The notes under the pieces: generated by a model
Seen by the model: the letters and a program-made list of their open reading frames with translations, nothing else
Databases searched by the model: none
Told to the model about the DNA's origin: nothing
Assembly (NCBI GenBank): GCA_030704615.1
Contig: CM060734.1
Span: 32,612,001-32,676,000, forward strand
Direction of reading: 5' to 3'
Length of the DNA: 64,000 nt
Origin: Takakia lepidozioides
Taxonomy: Eukaryota; Plantae; Bryophyta
Made by a program: the position numbers and the translations under genes
Shown: positions 13,156 to 25,834 of the stretch, one piece after another
How positions within the stretch are numbered: the stretch's first letter is position 1
Layout: each line of letters begins with the position of its first letter

Positions 13156-15204
13156 CTGTTCAATACACCATTGCAATGGTCACAACAAGACTGCAAGACA
13201 TCATTCGCACCAAACCACACCACACCCCACCCCACCCCACCCCCTGCCCCCCCATCCCCACCAAGAATAGGAGGAAGAATATTCTGAGACACCTGAATAT
13301 CCTTTATTCCATGTAAGGGTGGATTGGGATTATAGAATTGCACATGGTCCACTTGTGTGTTGTCAATGCCTTCCATTTTCAGCCAATTGAAAGCCGAATT
13401 CTATTATTTTAATTTGCCTGGTCCCTTATGAAAGGGACACAAAAGTATGACCTTGGACTCAAGGTCAGGGCCCAATAACCATTCTGTGAGGTTGTAGCCG
13501 GTGTCAAAATTTCAAAGTTCCCGAACTGTCATGTTCAGTTCATGTGTGGGGCTTGACCGCATCTGGGATCATGTAGGAACTGCTACTACACTAGACATGA
13601 TCTTGTTTGCCAAGTATTATCTAGCATCCAGAATGTATCAATTTCCAGAATCAGAAATGATCGGATTTTGCTTGCCAATAGTAGGAGCAGTAAATATTTC
13701 TACAGATGGGCCCCCAACTGCAGTTATCTCTATAACGGCTAAAAGCCCTACCTCAGTAGATGCCAGCAGAGACATAGGCAAGAAATGAGATCCACCAGAT
13801 AGCCTGGTCTCACTATTAAACAACCTGCAAAACACAGTGGGCCCTATTCCATTTGGATAGGACTGAAGACACAGTAAAATATCCCACTAAATTCACTTAA
13901 AAGCAAATCCCACTGTTCATGTTTGCAGAAAGGCTAAATTAGTAATAACTTTACTCCTTTGAACCATGGAAAAACATAGATATCCTCTGATTGAAAGATG
14001 TCAAATCATTTTAAAGGATTGGGCGCCACTGTGCTATAGGTAATTTTACACAAACCAAATGCACTCAGGGGAATTGAAACCCAGTCCGGTGGGGGAGAAT
14101 GGCGGTTTTGAAACGTTTATTATCTTCTGAACCTTTTGGGAACCCGGAAACCCTCTCTGAAGAGGGAGGGTCAGATGTGAGTACGTAACACCGCAAGGAC
14201 GTGAGTGCTCTCTCTGATCTTTGGCTACGTGGACCAGTGATTCTGGGTTCTTTTACCATGGGTTAAGGCAATACACAAATGAGAAGTGATTGGGGTACTA
14301 TGTAACCTGCAGACGGGAGGTGACCAGAATGGAAACACTAGCGACATGGATAAGTGGAATCCTCCTTTCAGGATGAGGCTGACCAGACTTCTCAACATGG
14401 CTCTCTTCCAAAGCATCAATCTCATGCACGTACAAAGGTCAGACCAAAGGAGGACAGCAGTTGACTTCCAGAGACTCTCCAACTGAGTAAATGTAGGCGG
14501 CGTGCAATTTATTTTCGTATGCTCAGAAAAGGGTCTCTTGTTCAGAGAAAGGGTAAGAAAAGCTATGCAAAGTGTGCACCTTTATCGTGAAGCCCAACCT
14601 CCCAACACTCAGAAAGACAATCCTCCTCACAAATCACAACCCACGCAAGCAGGATGGGGAGAACTTACTGATGGATGTGGTGCTCCCTACTAGAACTCCT
14701 ATTCTTGCAAGTGCAGCAGTGCAGGGATATAATACTGGTAGGATCCCCACACTACATAGGAACTGACTGTGAAAATAATGAAGTTGAGTTTGCCAATGAG
14801 CTGACCACAATGTCACAGTAGTGATTGGCACAATTTGGGTGGACATATTTGCTCCACAAGCACACAGGACAGCATACATCACACACCCAGAGCATTTGAA
14901 ATTTTAATCATCAACATTGTGATATTAATCTACCGGATATTCTTACAATACTCTAGAACCTAAGTTGCTTGAGCTCTGGCCTCAAGCCACATATGTGGCC
15001 GGTTTGCAGAAACTTGAGCGAGATGGTTTCTGAAAAACTTTTAGAGCACAGTGCTGACTGACAGCAGCAATATGCATTAGGCTGAAATCTATTTCCAACT
15101 CTCTTAATGATACACTACTGCACTTCATGAAAACCCTGTCTCTATGGCAAGCCTATGGTGAAGGTAAACCTTTATGTGTGTCATGTTTGATCACATATTG
15201 TTAC

Positions 15205-15392
15205 ACCACCCACCACCCCAATCACCTCTGGAGATGGAATCAATTTTGGGACAGGATCAAGAGGAATGTGATGGTGCCCTCCATTGAAGGCTTTTGTTGT
15301 CCATAAATGTTTGATCTAGTCTGCTATAGACAGATCCCTTTCTTGTCAAGACAAGAGAAGCCCTATCTCTCTCTTTCTCTCTCTCTCTGTGC
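15205..15392 (+). repeat. Short interspersed repeat ending in a (TC)n tract; second copy at ~31236-31425
   Basis: caccacccacc-caatcacc...gtgatggtgcc...tgatct..tc...gacagatcc..tcttgt..aagacaag..agccctatctctct is present at both places. Confidence 0.6.
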
Positions 15393-16950
15393 TTCTGTCC
15401 CTTTTGTTCCCGCTCAAACTGGGCGCGGGGTCAATGGCCACAAGGCTACGGCAAACAACGTCTTATGAGTACAATCTCTCTCTCTGTGCCATTTAAAATT
15501 AGGGCGGGAAGCCGACCTTTGAACAGCAAACAGAAGCAGAGAGGAAAGGGAGAGTGCAATTGCCCATTGTGTGGGAAACCTGAAGACAATGTTCATTTTC
15601 TGATTCATTGCCCGGGGTTCTCTCACCAGAGAGACGCTCTCTTCAAATCTATCAAGGGAATTGTAGCTGTACACCAACTTTGAAATTCTCGAGGCTGAGC
15701 CAAAAGCCCAGGCCCTTTTGGGGCCTAGTTATTGGGCAAACCACACACAGCAGGTTGATGCTTGTGTAAAAGGATTTCTAGAGGATATCTGGAAAACCCG
15801 GATCAATTGTTCATTCCAAGTTAAGTCTTACTACCGGCGTCAGCCCCTGACAAAGGTAGGTTCTGTCCCTTTGTGTTCCGCTCAAACTGGGCGCGGGGTC
15901 AATGGCCACAAGGCTACGGCAAACAACGTCTTATGAGTACATTCTGTGCCATCGGCACAGAGAGTACGCACCGGCAGTGTGGGTTTATAACTCCAACCAG
16001 GCTAAGTCTCTAGAATCCATTCAAGTGGGGGTGCTTAAGGAGTGCATGTCAGCATGCTCCAAAACAGCCAATGTGGCTGTTCGGGGTGAGTTTGGCATCC
16101 CCACCTTAAGCTCCCGATGAGATGAATTCAAGGTCAGATGGTGGGGTCAGCTGCAACGTATGACTAATATCATATATCCTAAGTTAATCGACTCTATATC
16201 TTGGAAGCAGGATCGCCCTGTGAAACAGGCTAAGTCCTGGTGGAAGAGGGTAGAAGAGACTCTCAAGGATCTGAATCTAAGTACACAAGTTTTGACCCTG
16301 CTGGACAGATCTGACTTAGAGGCTGTAGTGTCCAAAGCCATGTCTGTTGCCAGGAAATCGTCTGATTAAAATGAAGTTAGGCAGAAAACTTCCCTGAACT
16401 TGTTTCCAGTCTGTGACATGGGGGAGGCCATCATGGATGTCTTCAAGGGTTTACCCACTCTCGGTGCTAGACTGAAATGTAAACTCAGGGCAGGAAGTCT
16501 ACCTTTGACCAGCAAACAGAAGCAGAGAGGAAAGGGGGATTGCAAATGCCCATTGTGTGGGCAACCTGAAGACGATATTCATTTTCTGATTCTTTGTCCT
16601 GGGTACTCTCACCAGAGAGACGCCCTCTTCAGATCCATGAAGGGAATTGTGACTGTACCTTTGTTTACCAACTTTGAAAGTCTCGAGGCTGAAACAAAAG
16701 CCCATGCCCGCCCTTTTGGGGCCTAGTTATTGGGCAGACCACACACAGCAGATTGATGCTTGTGTAAAGGGATTTCTAGAGGATATCTGGAAAACTCGAA
16801 TCCAATGTCTGTTCCAAGGTAAGTGATACTACCGGCGTCAGCCCCTGGCAAAGGTAGTTTCTGTCCCTTTGTGTTCCGCTCAAACTGGGCGCTGGGTCAA
16901 TGGCCACAAGGCTACGGGCAAACAACGTTTTATGAGTACATTCTCTCTCT
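15393..16950 (+). mobile_element. Three head-to-tail 5'-truncated copies of a non-LTR retrotransposon (LINE) 3' end
   Basis: Shared 3' tail (cgctcaaactgggcgc...ggccacaaggctacggcaaacaacgtcttatgagtaca) ends near 15474, 15941 and 16941; longer copies encode KLRAGSLPL...CPLCGQPEDDIHFLILCPGYSHQR, a LINE C-terminal Zn-finger-like motif. Confidence 0.75.
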
Positions 16951-19900
16951 GCGCCCCTTTCGCTGCCCTTGGAAGCAGTAAAAATGCATCACACACTTGA
17001 TAGCTAAATGGTTGCAGCAGCAGGGCTGAGAATTAATCTTATGATTTCTTCTACCCTGTCAATGTCATTGTATACATCGACCTCAAATTCTCTGTCAATT
17101 GATTGTCATCGGGTGATTGGGTGCCATGACAGCTTCAGGAATGTCAGGCTGAAAACCCCAACCAATTTAAGGTTGGATCTCATCTATGCTGATGGGCTGA
17201 AACCCCCCAAATAACTCCCAGAGGGATAAAATCGAACGGGTACTCCGCTCTGTACCCTTCCCAGGACAATACTTACATTGTTACTTGAAGAAGTGGTGCT
17301 GTCACTTTGTAAGGGCACAAAGTATGCCCAGTCACGGGCTTGTGAAATGCAGGCAGCAGGATAGAGATTGAGAGTTGGTGCAGAGTTTGCTTAGACTCTG
17401 GAGAATGGTCTGAACAGTTTTGATAGCAAAGGATCAAACATTCATTTGTGACGCCTTCTAGAAATACTTTCATACTGATTCTGCAGGGTGGGAAGCTCTT
17501 GTAAAATATAGTCCCGTGGAAATTTGCTTCATGTTTGAGTGAAGCTGTTTTGGTCGGTACAAGACTGTCACATACTGGGTAGTGGCTAGAGTCCAGACTT
17601 GAAGGGGGAAACTGGTCTTTGCTCCCCTGCAACATGGAAAAGCACTGGTCCAAAGGCATTCTTGATGATAGCAACGATGACAGAGACTTGGGAGGAAGGA
17701 GGAGGTTGGAAGGCATGGATGACAAGTGGGACTACGCTGGAGCATAACTAAGTATGAGGCCGTGTCAAGAAAAGTAGATGTAAATGCGTGTCACCTTGTG
17801 TCTCATCCCTGGATTATTGAAGGGAAAAAAAATTAAAACCCTTGAAAGCCATTGGCTGCCATATGGCCCAAACACAAGGTGAACCGGGACAGTTATCCCC
17901 AAGAATGAGTACTTGTGTCATTGAGAACTAAGAACAAAGTGAGAAACGGGTTGAGACCAGTGTTGGACTGGTATATAGGGCCTGGACCGAGGTATTAAAT
18001 AACCGACCCAGCTGGTATTGGTTGTTGTAATAGGTACTAGGGTTAATAACCGAATAGGCTGGTATTGACAATTCCAATACTTAGGTCAATACCCTACATA
18101 GGCTGGTATTGACTATTGACAAAGGAAATACTTGTGCAATACCCGTATTATGGGAAAAAACAAGGACTATACACATGGTATAGATACCAAGTTGGGCCGG
18201 GGTAAAGGACCTGAACAGCCCGTCATAATATTCACAGGGTAGTATCATGAGTACATATCGTTACTTCTTGTAATAGCAGCTTCTGTACTCTGGTCTGCCT
18301 CTACCCACACAGACAAATTGTACACCCCTCACAAATTACCAATTTTATACAAGTTCGACTAAATGTCCATTTATGAAGACGCAGGGGGACACCGAGGGGG
18401 TAGAGGAGGAGAAGGAAGAGGACTACTAACCAAGATTACTGGCCCGGGGGACTGAGCGCAGATGAACGAGCGTGGTGGCTCCAACAACCACCAGCAACAT
18501 CATGCCTACAGCAATGCGTACATGTGTTCCCCTCTTCGAGACTATGCCCGTGCGCGCCTTCCCCCACACTGCCCTGCTCCCTCCATCTTCCCTGGCCTTC
18601 ATCGCGCAACACGTCCTACTTGCCCCTCACTGTCTTGGCTAGGGCCACAAGGCTACCCCAAGCACAGAGTTCCGAGTGCATCTCTTTCTGTCTCTCTCTC
18701 CCTCTGTGTCCACCAGGCTAGGGAAAATCTATCGAGTACATCAGCAGCCCATCTCAAAGTGTTTGCCACCGATCCATCCTGGTTGCGACCGCTCCTCATG
18801 CCGGACCCCGCCCTAGCAGACCACTCATCATGAGAGCAGCTACGTCCAGCCTAAGTAACCCGGCACCTTTGCTTGAAGGTGCCATTTTGTACAGATAGAT
18901 GGTCAGAGAGTGATAAACACGCCTCTCCGAATCGATCCTGAAAAGCTCAAGGTCAACATCTGAAAGACGAAGAAGAAAGGGAAAGAGGGCAGGACCTAAC
19001 CGAACAAGAGAAGCACAGTGCAGTGTACCAGACAGTAGTCAGCAGGCCAGCCGAACCGATTCTCATGCCGCCTGACCGTCTCTCTGATCCCTCCAGCTCT
19101 GCATCAAGATGCAGGTGGATCCCACCATCGCTGACATGGAAATGAACAGGCACATTCTTGCAACCAGACAAAAACCAACATGGCAGATTCGTCCCCCATC
19201 GATCTCAGCATCTCCTCTCCCTCCCTCCCTCACGCCTTACCTCTCGATGCCCCTCGGAACCACAACCCCTTTCCTTCCACCGCGGATATGTCTCCATGTG
19301 GACCCATTCCCGTTTTGGATTTCCTTTAAATCCCAAACCCGGGATGACTCCCAGGAGACGACGGCCTAGTCCCCCAAGTAGTGAGAGTCTGAGTGAATTT
19401 CAGGGATTGGGGGGTTGGTAGAACCGGAGCACAAATGGCATGAGCACAAAAACACGGCAATAGGGTACATATGTTTTCATGGAAATAGAATTCATGCAAA
19501 TAGGGTTCCAAAATAGCGAAAATGTTAGTTGTGTGCCTATTTCTGTGCCTCTCTTTGTCCTATTATGTCCCTAATTGCGTCCTTAAACTCTAACCCTAAT
19601 GAGAATAAGCACCCCTAATGTATATCTTTAAGCTCCAAGTTCCACATATCTAGAGCTTTGGTATCCTACAAATGAATAACACATAAGGGAAAAAATCACA
19701 ATAACCAACACCATCCAAAACACACAAATACCAAACAATAATTGAACAATTTAATATAGTGAGGCAAACAATGGGTTTCGGTGGCGAAATAAATCAAAGT
19801 ATCGGGTTTCATCAGCGAAATAGTGGGTTTTGCTAGCGAATAATGGATTTTGCCAGCGAAATTTCTAGGTGTCATTGTGTAGGTCATTATCCAATGGTTT

Positions 19901-22609
19901 CGTGGGAGAAACAAAATGCATTGTGTTTGGTTTTGCATATAAGAGACGATTATTTCGCTAATGAATTGTTATGTGTTTATTGCGGAATGTCTATACCCGC
20001 TTTCGTGGGCGAAACAGAATGAAATCATTTTTGTTTCGCGTAATGCTGATATAATCGAGTGTCATCTACACTTGACTAAATTCCCCCGTATTAAGCAACG
20101 GGAATTTTTGATGCAGATATACGGATATTGCTTATGCCCCAACTTCGCCTACATTGTGCACACGTCAGCACAATTTGGTCCCGTGAGCACAAATTTCACA
20201 TTTCAGTTTTGCCGTAGCATCTTTTCGAGAATATTCATGGAATTTCGGGCATTTTGTCTTCTGCTCACGTGAGCACGCGCACACTGTCGTGAGCGTGCTC
20301 ACGCGCTACCCAACCTCCAGGGATTCAGTATGAACCCTTGAGAAAAACCTTTGAGCTCTATATTTAATACATCTTGATCTTTTATTTGTTTCATTTCGCA
20401 CCGCCTCACCCTCGATTCATGGTCATTCATTCAAACATTATGTTTGAGCGTGCTAAATAAATTTGAATGAAGCAATGAGTGAATTATCCCAACACCCAAA
20501 AAAAAAAGCCAGAAAAACAATTTTTTTTTAAAACAAATGGAATTGCAATGCATGCAATGCAAAACTGCAAAGACGACCCCTGGGCGTCGCAGCACAGTTA
20601 CTTGCGACGCTCGGGCGTCGCAATATCAAACCCCTTCCTAAGGGGGTTGGTATCATGTGAGCACAGTGTGAGCACGCTCATGCTTGCGTGAGCACAACCC
20701 ACGGTCATGGGCATTTTATGTTTTTTATCCTCGGTCATAGGAATTATATATTTTCAAAACGGAATAAAACCATAAGCGGGTATAGAGAACTGGTGCATTT
20801 GGACGGTACATCTGTGCCAACTCAGCAAGGTGAAACCTTCACTAGTGTAGCCAAAAACCCTAAACTTATGGTAGCGGCGGCGAATTTCACATTGGACACA
20901 AACCTAAGTAGCGGTGAATTTCGCATTGAGAAACCCTTAGTGGTATAGCTTGAGTCAAAACTTCCATACAAAATCCAATCACCCAACAATCCCACATCCA
21001 AAAAGAATGGGTGGGGGCTTTTAAAGTGACATATTCATCCTTTTAGCTATAGTGTGATTTCTTTAGAGGCTAGTTGCACTACTAGAGAAACCGGTTTTTT
21101 TAACGGCTCTTCTCACACATTTTGGTGTGAAAAGAGCTCGAGTTCACACCCCCCCCCCGGTGTTAGGATAACCCAGTCATTTGCACCACATGTGAACTTT
21201 CTTGGTCCTGTGAAAAAAACCATCTCACACCAAACTCGCACCTGATGTGGCTGTAGGTTTAGGTGGCTTTTTTGACGGATATTTTGACGGCCGTTTTGAC
21301 TGGTCAGTTCAACTAGTATTTTGACTAAGTAAGAGTCCATCAGAATTATTAAATAAATAATAGATCTTAAGGGCTCTTCTTACGGCTTCTCTCACACAGA
21401 TTTAACACCAGGTTCAAATCGTGGTGTGAACGCAATGACACTACTGTGAATACTGTCACATCCACTGTTCTGTTCCTATTGGACGAAAAGTAAACAATTA
21501 TTATTTATTGACAAATGCTAAAATGAATAGTCATATTATTGTTGTTGTTGTTGTTGTTGTTGTATAGATATTCTTATAATAAATGGGATAGCACCCCGAA
21601 AGCCATTGGCTGCTTGATTTAATATTTAATATATTATTATTTAAGAATTTTATTTGTTTTGTTTCATTTAAATAAAAGCTTATTTAAAACAGGGGATAAT
21701 ATTTGTATTATTAACCACATTGACCAGTAGTAATGTTATTAATATTAAACATAGCAAACAACCAATAAAATACCACATTCATGTCTACACAAGGAAAATT
21801 TGGCTTGATGTGGGAAAATGAAGTTGCCCTTGAACAAGGGGATCTTGTGATCATACATGAGAATAGCAAGACCATCAATTCAAAAAATACGGTTCACATG
21901 ATAAGAGCTGTTTTGTTCACCTGGCTCAACAACCCTCAATCCATAAAGAAAACTAAACTAAACTAAACTTGTAGCACCTTCAATATCACGCGTGTTTAAG
22001 AAACTTTTCAGACCATAAGGTGGAACTTCCCTGCGTGTCACCCAATGTGGTATGATTAGGGGTAACAGAGTAGTCCGGGTACAGCAACACAACCTCTGAA
22101 ATCATGACCAATTTCACATGGATACGGTAATAGTTATCGGACACATTTGCTTTCGGAAAGCCAGCAATATATCCCACACCTGCCCTTCTTTTTGGTGCAC
22201 AAGGATCAAACAATAACACCTTGTCGCCGATCTGAAACTGCAACAAAAACCAGATTCCCATATCAATCGAACCCTGGAGAACAGAGACTGACAGCTTGGC
22301 ACTCCTGCAAAATGGCATTGAAGTTCTTCCAGCAAACACCCCAACCCTACCTATTGCAGTACTTCCAATTCTGAATTGCATTTGTTTGTCTCTATACTTC
22401 ATGCTGACATGATCAAAGCTGGAACGGTGCCATACCTAGTTGATAGCAGGTTATGCATGGTCAGCATGGATGTGGTAGGACAATGTCACAAAACTACCTT
22501 TGTAGGTTGTTGGGCCTGCAGCTATGTGGCGATATATAGGGGGTGTATTGATCCAGCATCAAACAAGGAAAAAAAATTGCACAAGGGAAGTACTTACACT
22601 GTAGTAATT

Positions 22610-23072
22610 CTTTCATAAGCCTCTTGCAGTTTGGCTGATCCCTCGACTTCCATGGATACGGGAAGATGCAATTATTTGCAGGGTTGGGTAAGCAAGTGAG
22701 TGGGGAATCGTCCACCAACAAAGTATTGGTTGGATTGTAATGGCTGTAGTCCTTCCAGAACTTACATAAGTTCTTGTACATGATAGTTTTAGAAGGATTG
22801 ACAGGGTCCACCATTCCCACAGGCTGGTCACAATAGTCTTGGTGAAGCACCACCTTTGGCTATTTCCCACGAAACAAAGCTTTCACAACTGGAAGGACAT
22901 TACTCAATGACATGGAAGACCATACACCTACATCAAAAATCTGAAGGCATCGGTCCAGAAACTCCTGACACCCAGGTCTGGAGGTGACAGTGGGCTCTAG
23001 GTATTCCCTTGTTCGTAGTCTGGTCTCACATAACAATCCATTCAAGTCAAGTATAAGGATGTGTTTCTGCCT
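22610..23072 (-). pseudogene. FCP1-homology/NIF (HAD-superfamily) domain, one in-frame stop at 22860-22862
   Basis: KHILILDLNGLL, RPGCQEFL, FDVGVWSS, YKNLCKFW, NTLLVDDSP, NPANNCIFP occur in order in one frame. Confidence 0.85.
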
Positions 23073-25834
23073 CAGATGTCGAAGGGCAATTACCTACAAC
23101 TTGTACATGATTATCATGTACAAGAGACACACATTTCTGTGGGGCACTCTGCAAATTCATGGAGACCTCACAGGCATATTGAGAGGGTAGTACATATGCC
23201 GGCAGTGCTACTGGTGCAGGGGACAACAAAACTGATGAACACTTTGCAGTTGCCTCAACAATATGGGGGGATGGATTGAGTTCACCTTCAGACCAACCCT
23301 ACATGTCATCATCCCCCTCCATCTCTGAAAGCCCAACAATGAGCCTATTGTGTTTGGCTTTGGTGGCGGTGAAGAAACTGCCTTGAACAGGTTGAGTGGT
23401 GAGCCCATAACATGAGAAATAGTCTCCTTTGTTGTCTGTGGCGCAAAGGTGGTGCATGGTGGACCTGTAGGTTGTGAATCTGGCACATTCATGCCAAGTT
23501 TAGTTGGAGCTAGCTTCCATCTGCACTTGCTTGTTTTCCATAGCATCGAGGCGCGTTGCTAGTGAACCAATTCCCTGCCCCAACACATAGAACACCTCCA
23601 AGGTAACAATTCACTACACTAAACTGATGAACTAGTAAGAAAAGAGAACCAAACGGCAACTAGCAATGGCATGGAAATCATGAATATGTAATTCACACCA
23701 GATTGGGACTGAGTTTATATACCGATGTGGCTGCACTGCCTGTACACCCCGACCCATAGCCTTTGTCACTCCTGGCACTACCGGCGATCTCCTGCAAACT
23801 TGGTGTACGTCTAGTCTCCTTCTCCTGTGATTGCAACAAACTTGCAAGTGTAAATGACTAGCATAGCACACTGCCAACAGTAAAGAATTATCTAAGATAG
23901 CATCAATGACTCCCCCTCAATAAGAGTGCTTAGTTTCTTGCTGGTACCCAACTCTGAGAAGGCCCCCAAGTAGTAGCGATGTGCACTAATTCCATCCATA
24001 TAGGAATAGACTCTGAGCTCCAGCCAAAAAACCCAACACAGAAAGTTTGTCAATGCAAAACAATGTGGGAACTTCCTATGTTGTAAGAGAAGTATACCAG
24101 TCGTGCTACAACACCGTTGATTCCACTGCGACCCGATCGAGATGTATTCTTCACACATCCCCGCGCCTTGACACCATTTGCCTGGAATTTCTTGAAATCT
24201 GTGGAACCCCAACTAACAACTAGTTGTGCCCATGTCTTGTCTGGCACATGATGGGGTTTGGGCAGCCCCACACTATAGTAATTTTTGCGTTGGTACTTGA
24301 GCTGCCCGCAAATTATTTTGTAATAGCCTTTATGTTAAGACCAGGAGGTCCATATTCCCAATCCGAAGCCAATATCTCCATGATCTTTTCAATTAAGTGT
24401 AATGGTTGATCCTGAGCATACAATGACCAGTCCAACAAACGTTGACACTGCCCTCGCAGAGCTGTCATCCACTGGTTCCGAGCAGGACCTCCAAGGTTTC
24501 CAAGTTCATCACAAGAAATGAAAAAAATTCCTCCTCCCTATAGCCACATTTTGAGCAGTGTGTTTGCTATTGTCCTCACGGTTTTACTGCTTTTTGAAGG
24601 TATTAGGGGTTTCAGCAGGTCCAACGCCTGCATGTGGAGCAAAAGAATTGTAATTCTGGCACACTACAACAAATTGCGGCTTTTACGTCTCTGTGTTATG
24701 ACTGCAAATGCAGTCATGGAAGCCATTTACGACTTCCTGACTCTGCAGACGTAAAGACCTAGTCAGTTGTGACATGGCAGATATGACTCTCCAGGTTGGC
24801 TGTCACGTGGCGCCAGAGCAGCTGTGGGGGTAGTCATACACACTGGCTTTACTGAATGACTGAACGGACAGTGTAGTCCATGTCAGCGGCTGTGCAAGAG
24901 TGGCACGTGCTCGATGCAGGAAATGACACGTGGCAGAGTGTTTAGCTCTCCATGACTGCGAACTATGACTACGGGTGTGCTAATCCGGTTGCAACACGTG
25001 GCGCGTTGCAGTTTTTACACGTGGTCCATCAGCAGATTGACATGTGTCATGATGGGTGTTTTTTTGGGGTGTATTGCTATTTTTTTACATATTTGTATTT
25101 ATGCCACGTGGTGTAGTACTATTGGAGAGTGAAAATAGATGTAGTCATTATTATGACTATGATAGCAGTCATGTACATGTCTATTACAACAATGAAATAT
25201 AATATATAATACAAAGAGAACAAGGCAGCAAGACATAACTGCAACAAGCTGAGCAAAACCAAGAGATTGCATACCATCTCTATTTACCAATCTATTTATC
25301 ATTATCATTTTTGTTGCGATCTAAAAATACATTAAATAGTCGCATGTTCTCATGTGAATTATTTTGTCTAACTATAACACTTTGAAAAGTGTTCACCCAG
25401 GATCTTCTAACTACTCATGTATTCCATCAATCTGCAACCCATCAAAAACGGCTTGCATGGCTTTAAGAATTACTACAGCAAGGACATTTGTTTGTTTTCC
25501 AAGTTCTTGCATAAGATGCACCAACCAATATTGCATTGTGAGACACTCACTCGCTATACTCCAAAGCGTCCAGGGAAGGTCACTGAGCAACCTGCCAAGG
25601 CGGAAACAATTAAGAGAATTATCTAATACCATATATGAAAAACCAATGCCAATGATGTTTATGGTAACTTCTATCCCATGTCCTAAACAAACCAAAGCAA
25701 AAAGGTTGGTGTGTATTGGCGAAGTCGTCAGATACTTCACAAAGAAACATGCACTAAAAATGAAACCCAGGATGATAGGAAGGTCACTCACGTTTATACA
25801 AAGACATCTTGCCCATTGCCCAGCACCCTGCGTC

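Noticed and set aside
14140-14160. Telomerase RNA template (aaaccct)
   Set aside because: Lacks the full CTAAACCCT template and a correctly spaced USE/TATA promoter.
13638-17745. Upstream exons of the GT61 gene (e.g. 17725-17279, 13823-~13678)
   Set aside because: Plausible splice sites exist, but the model needs an unverified GC donor and shows no clear transmembrane anchor.
23895-23990. Copia polypurine tract (ttgaggggga on the minus strand)
   Set aside because: Too short; no LTR pair or pol sequence.
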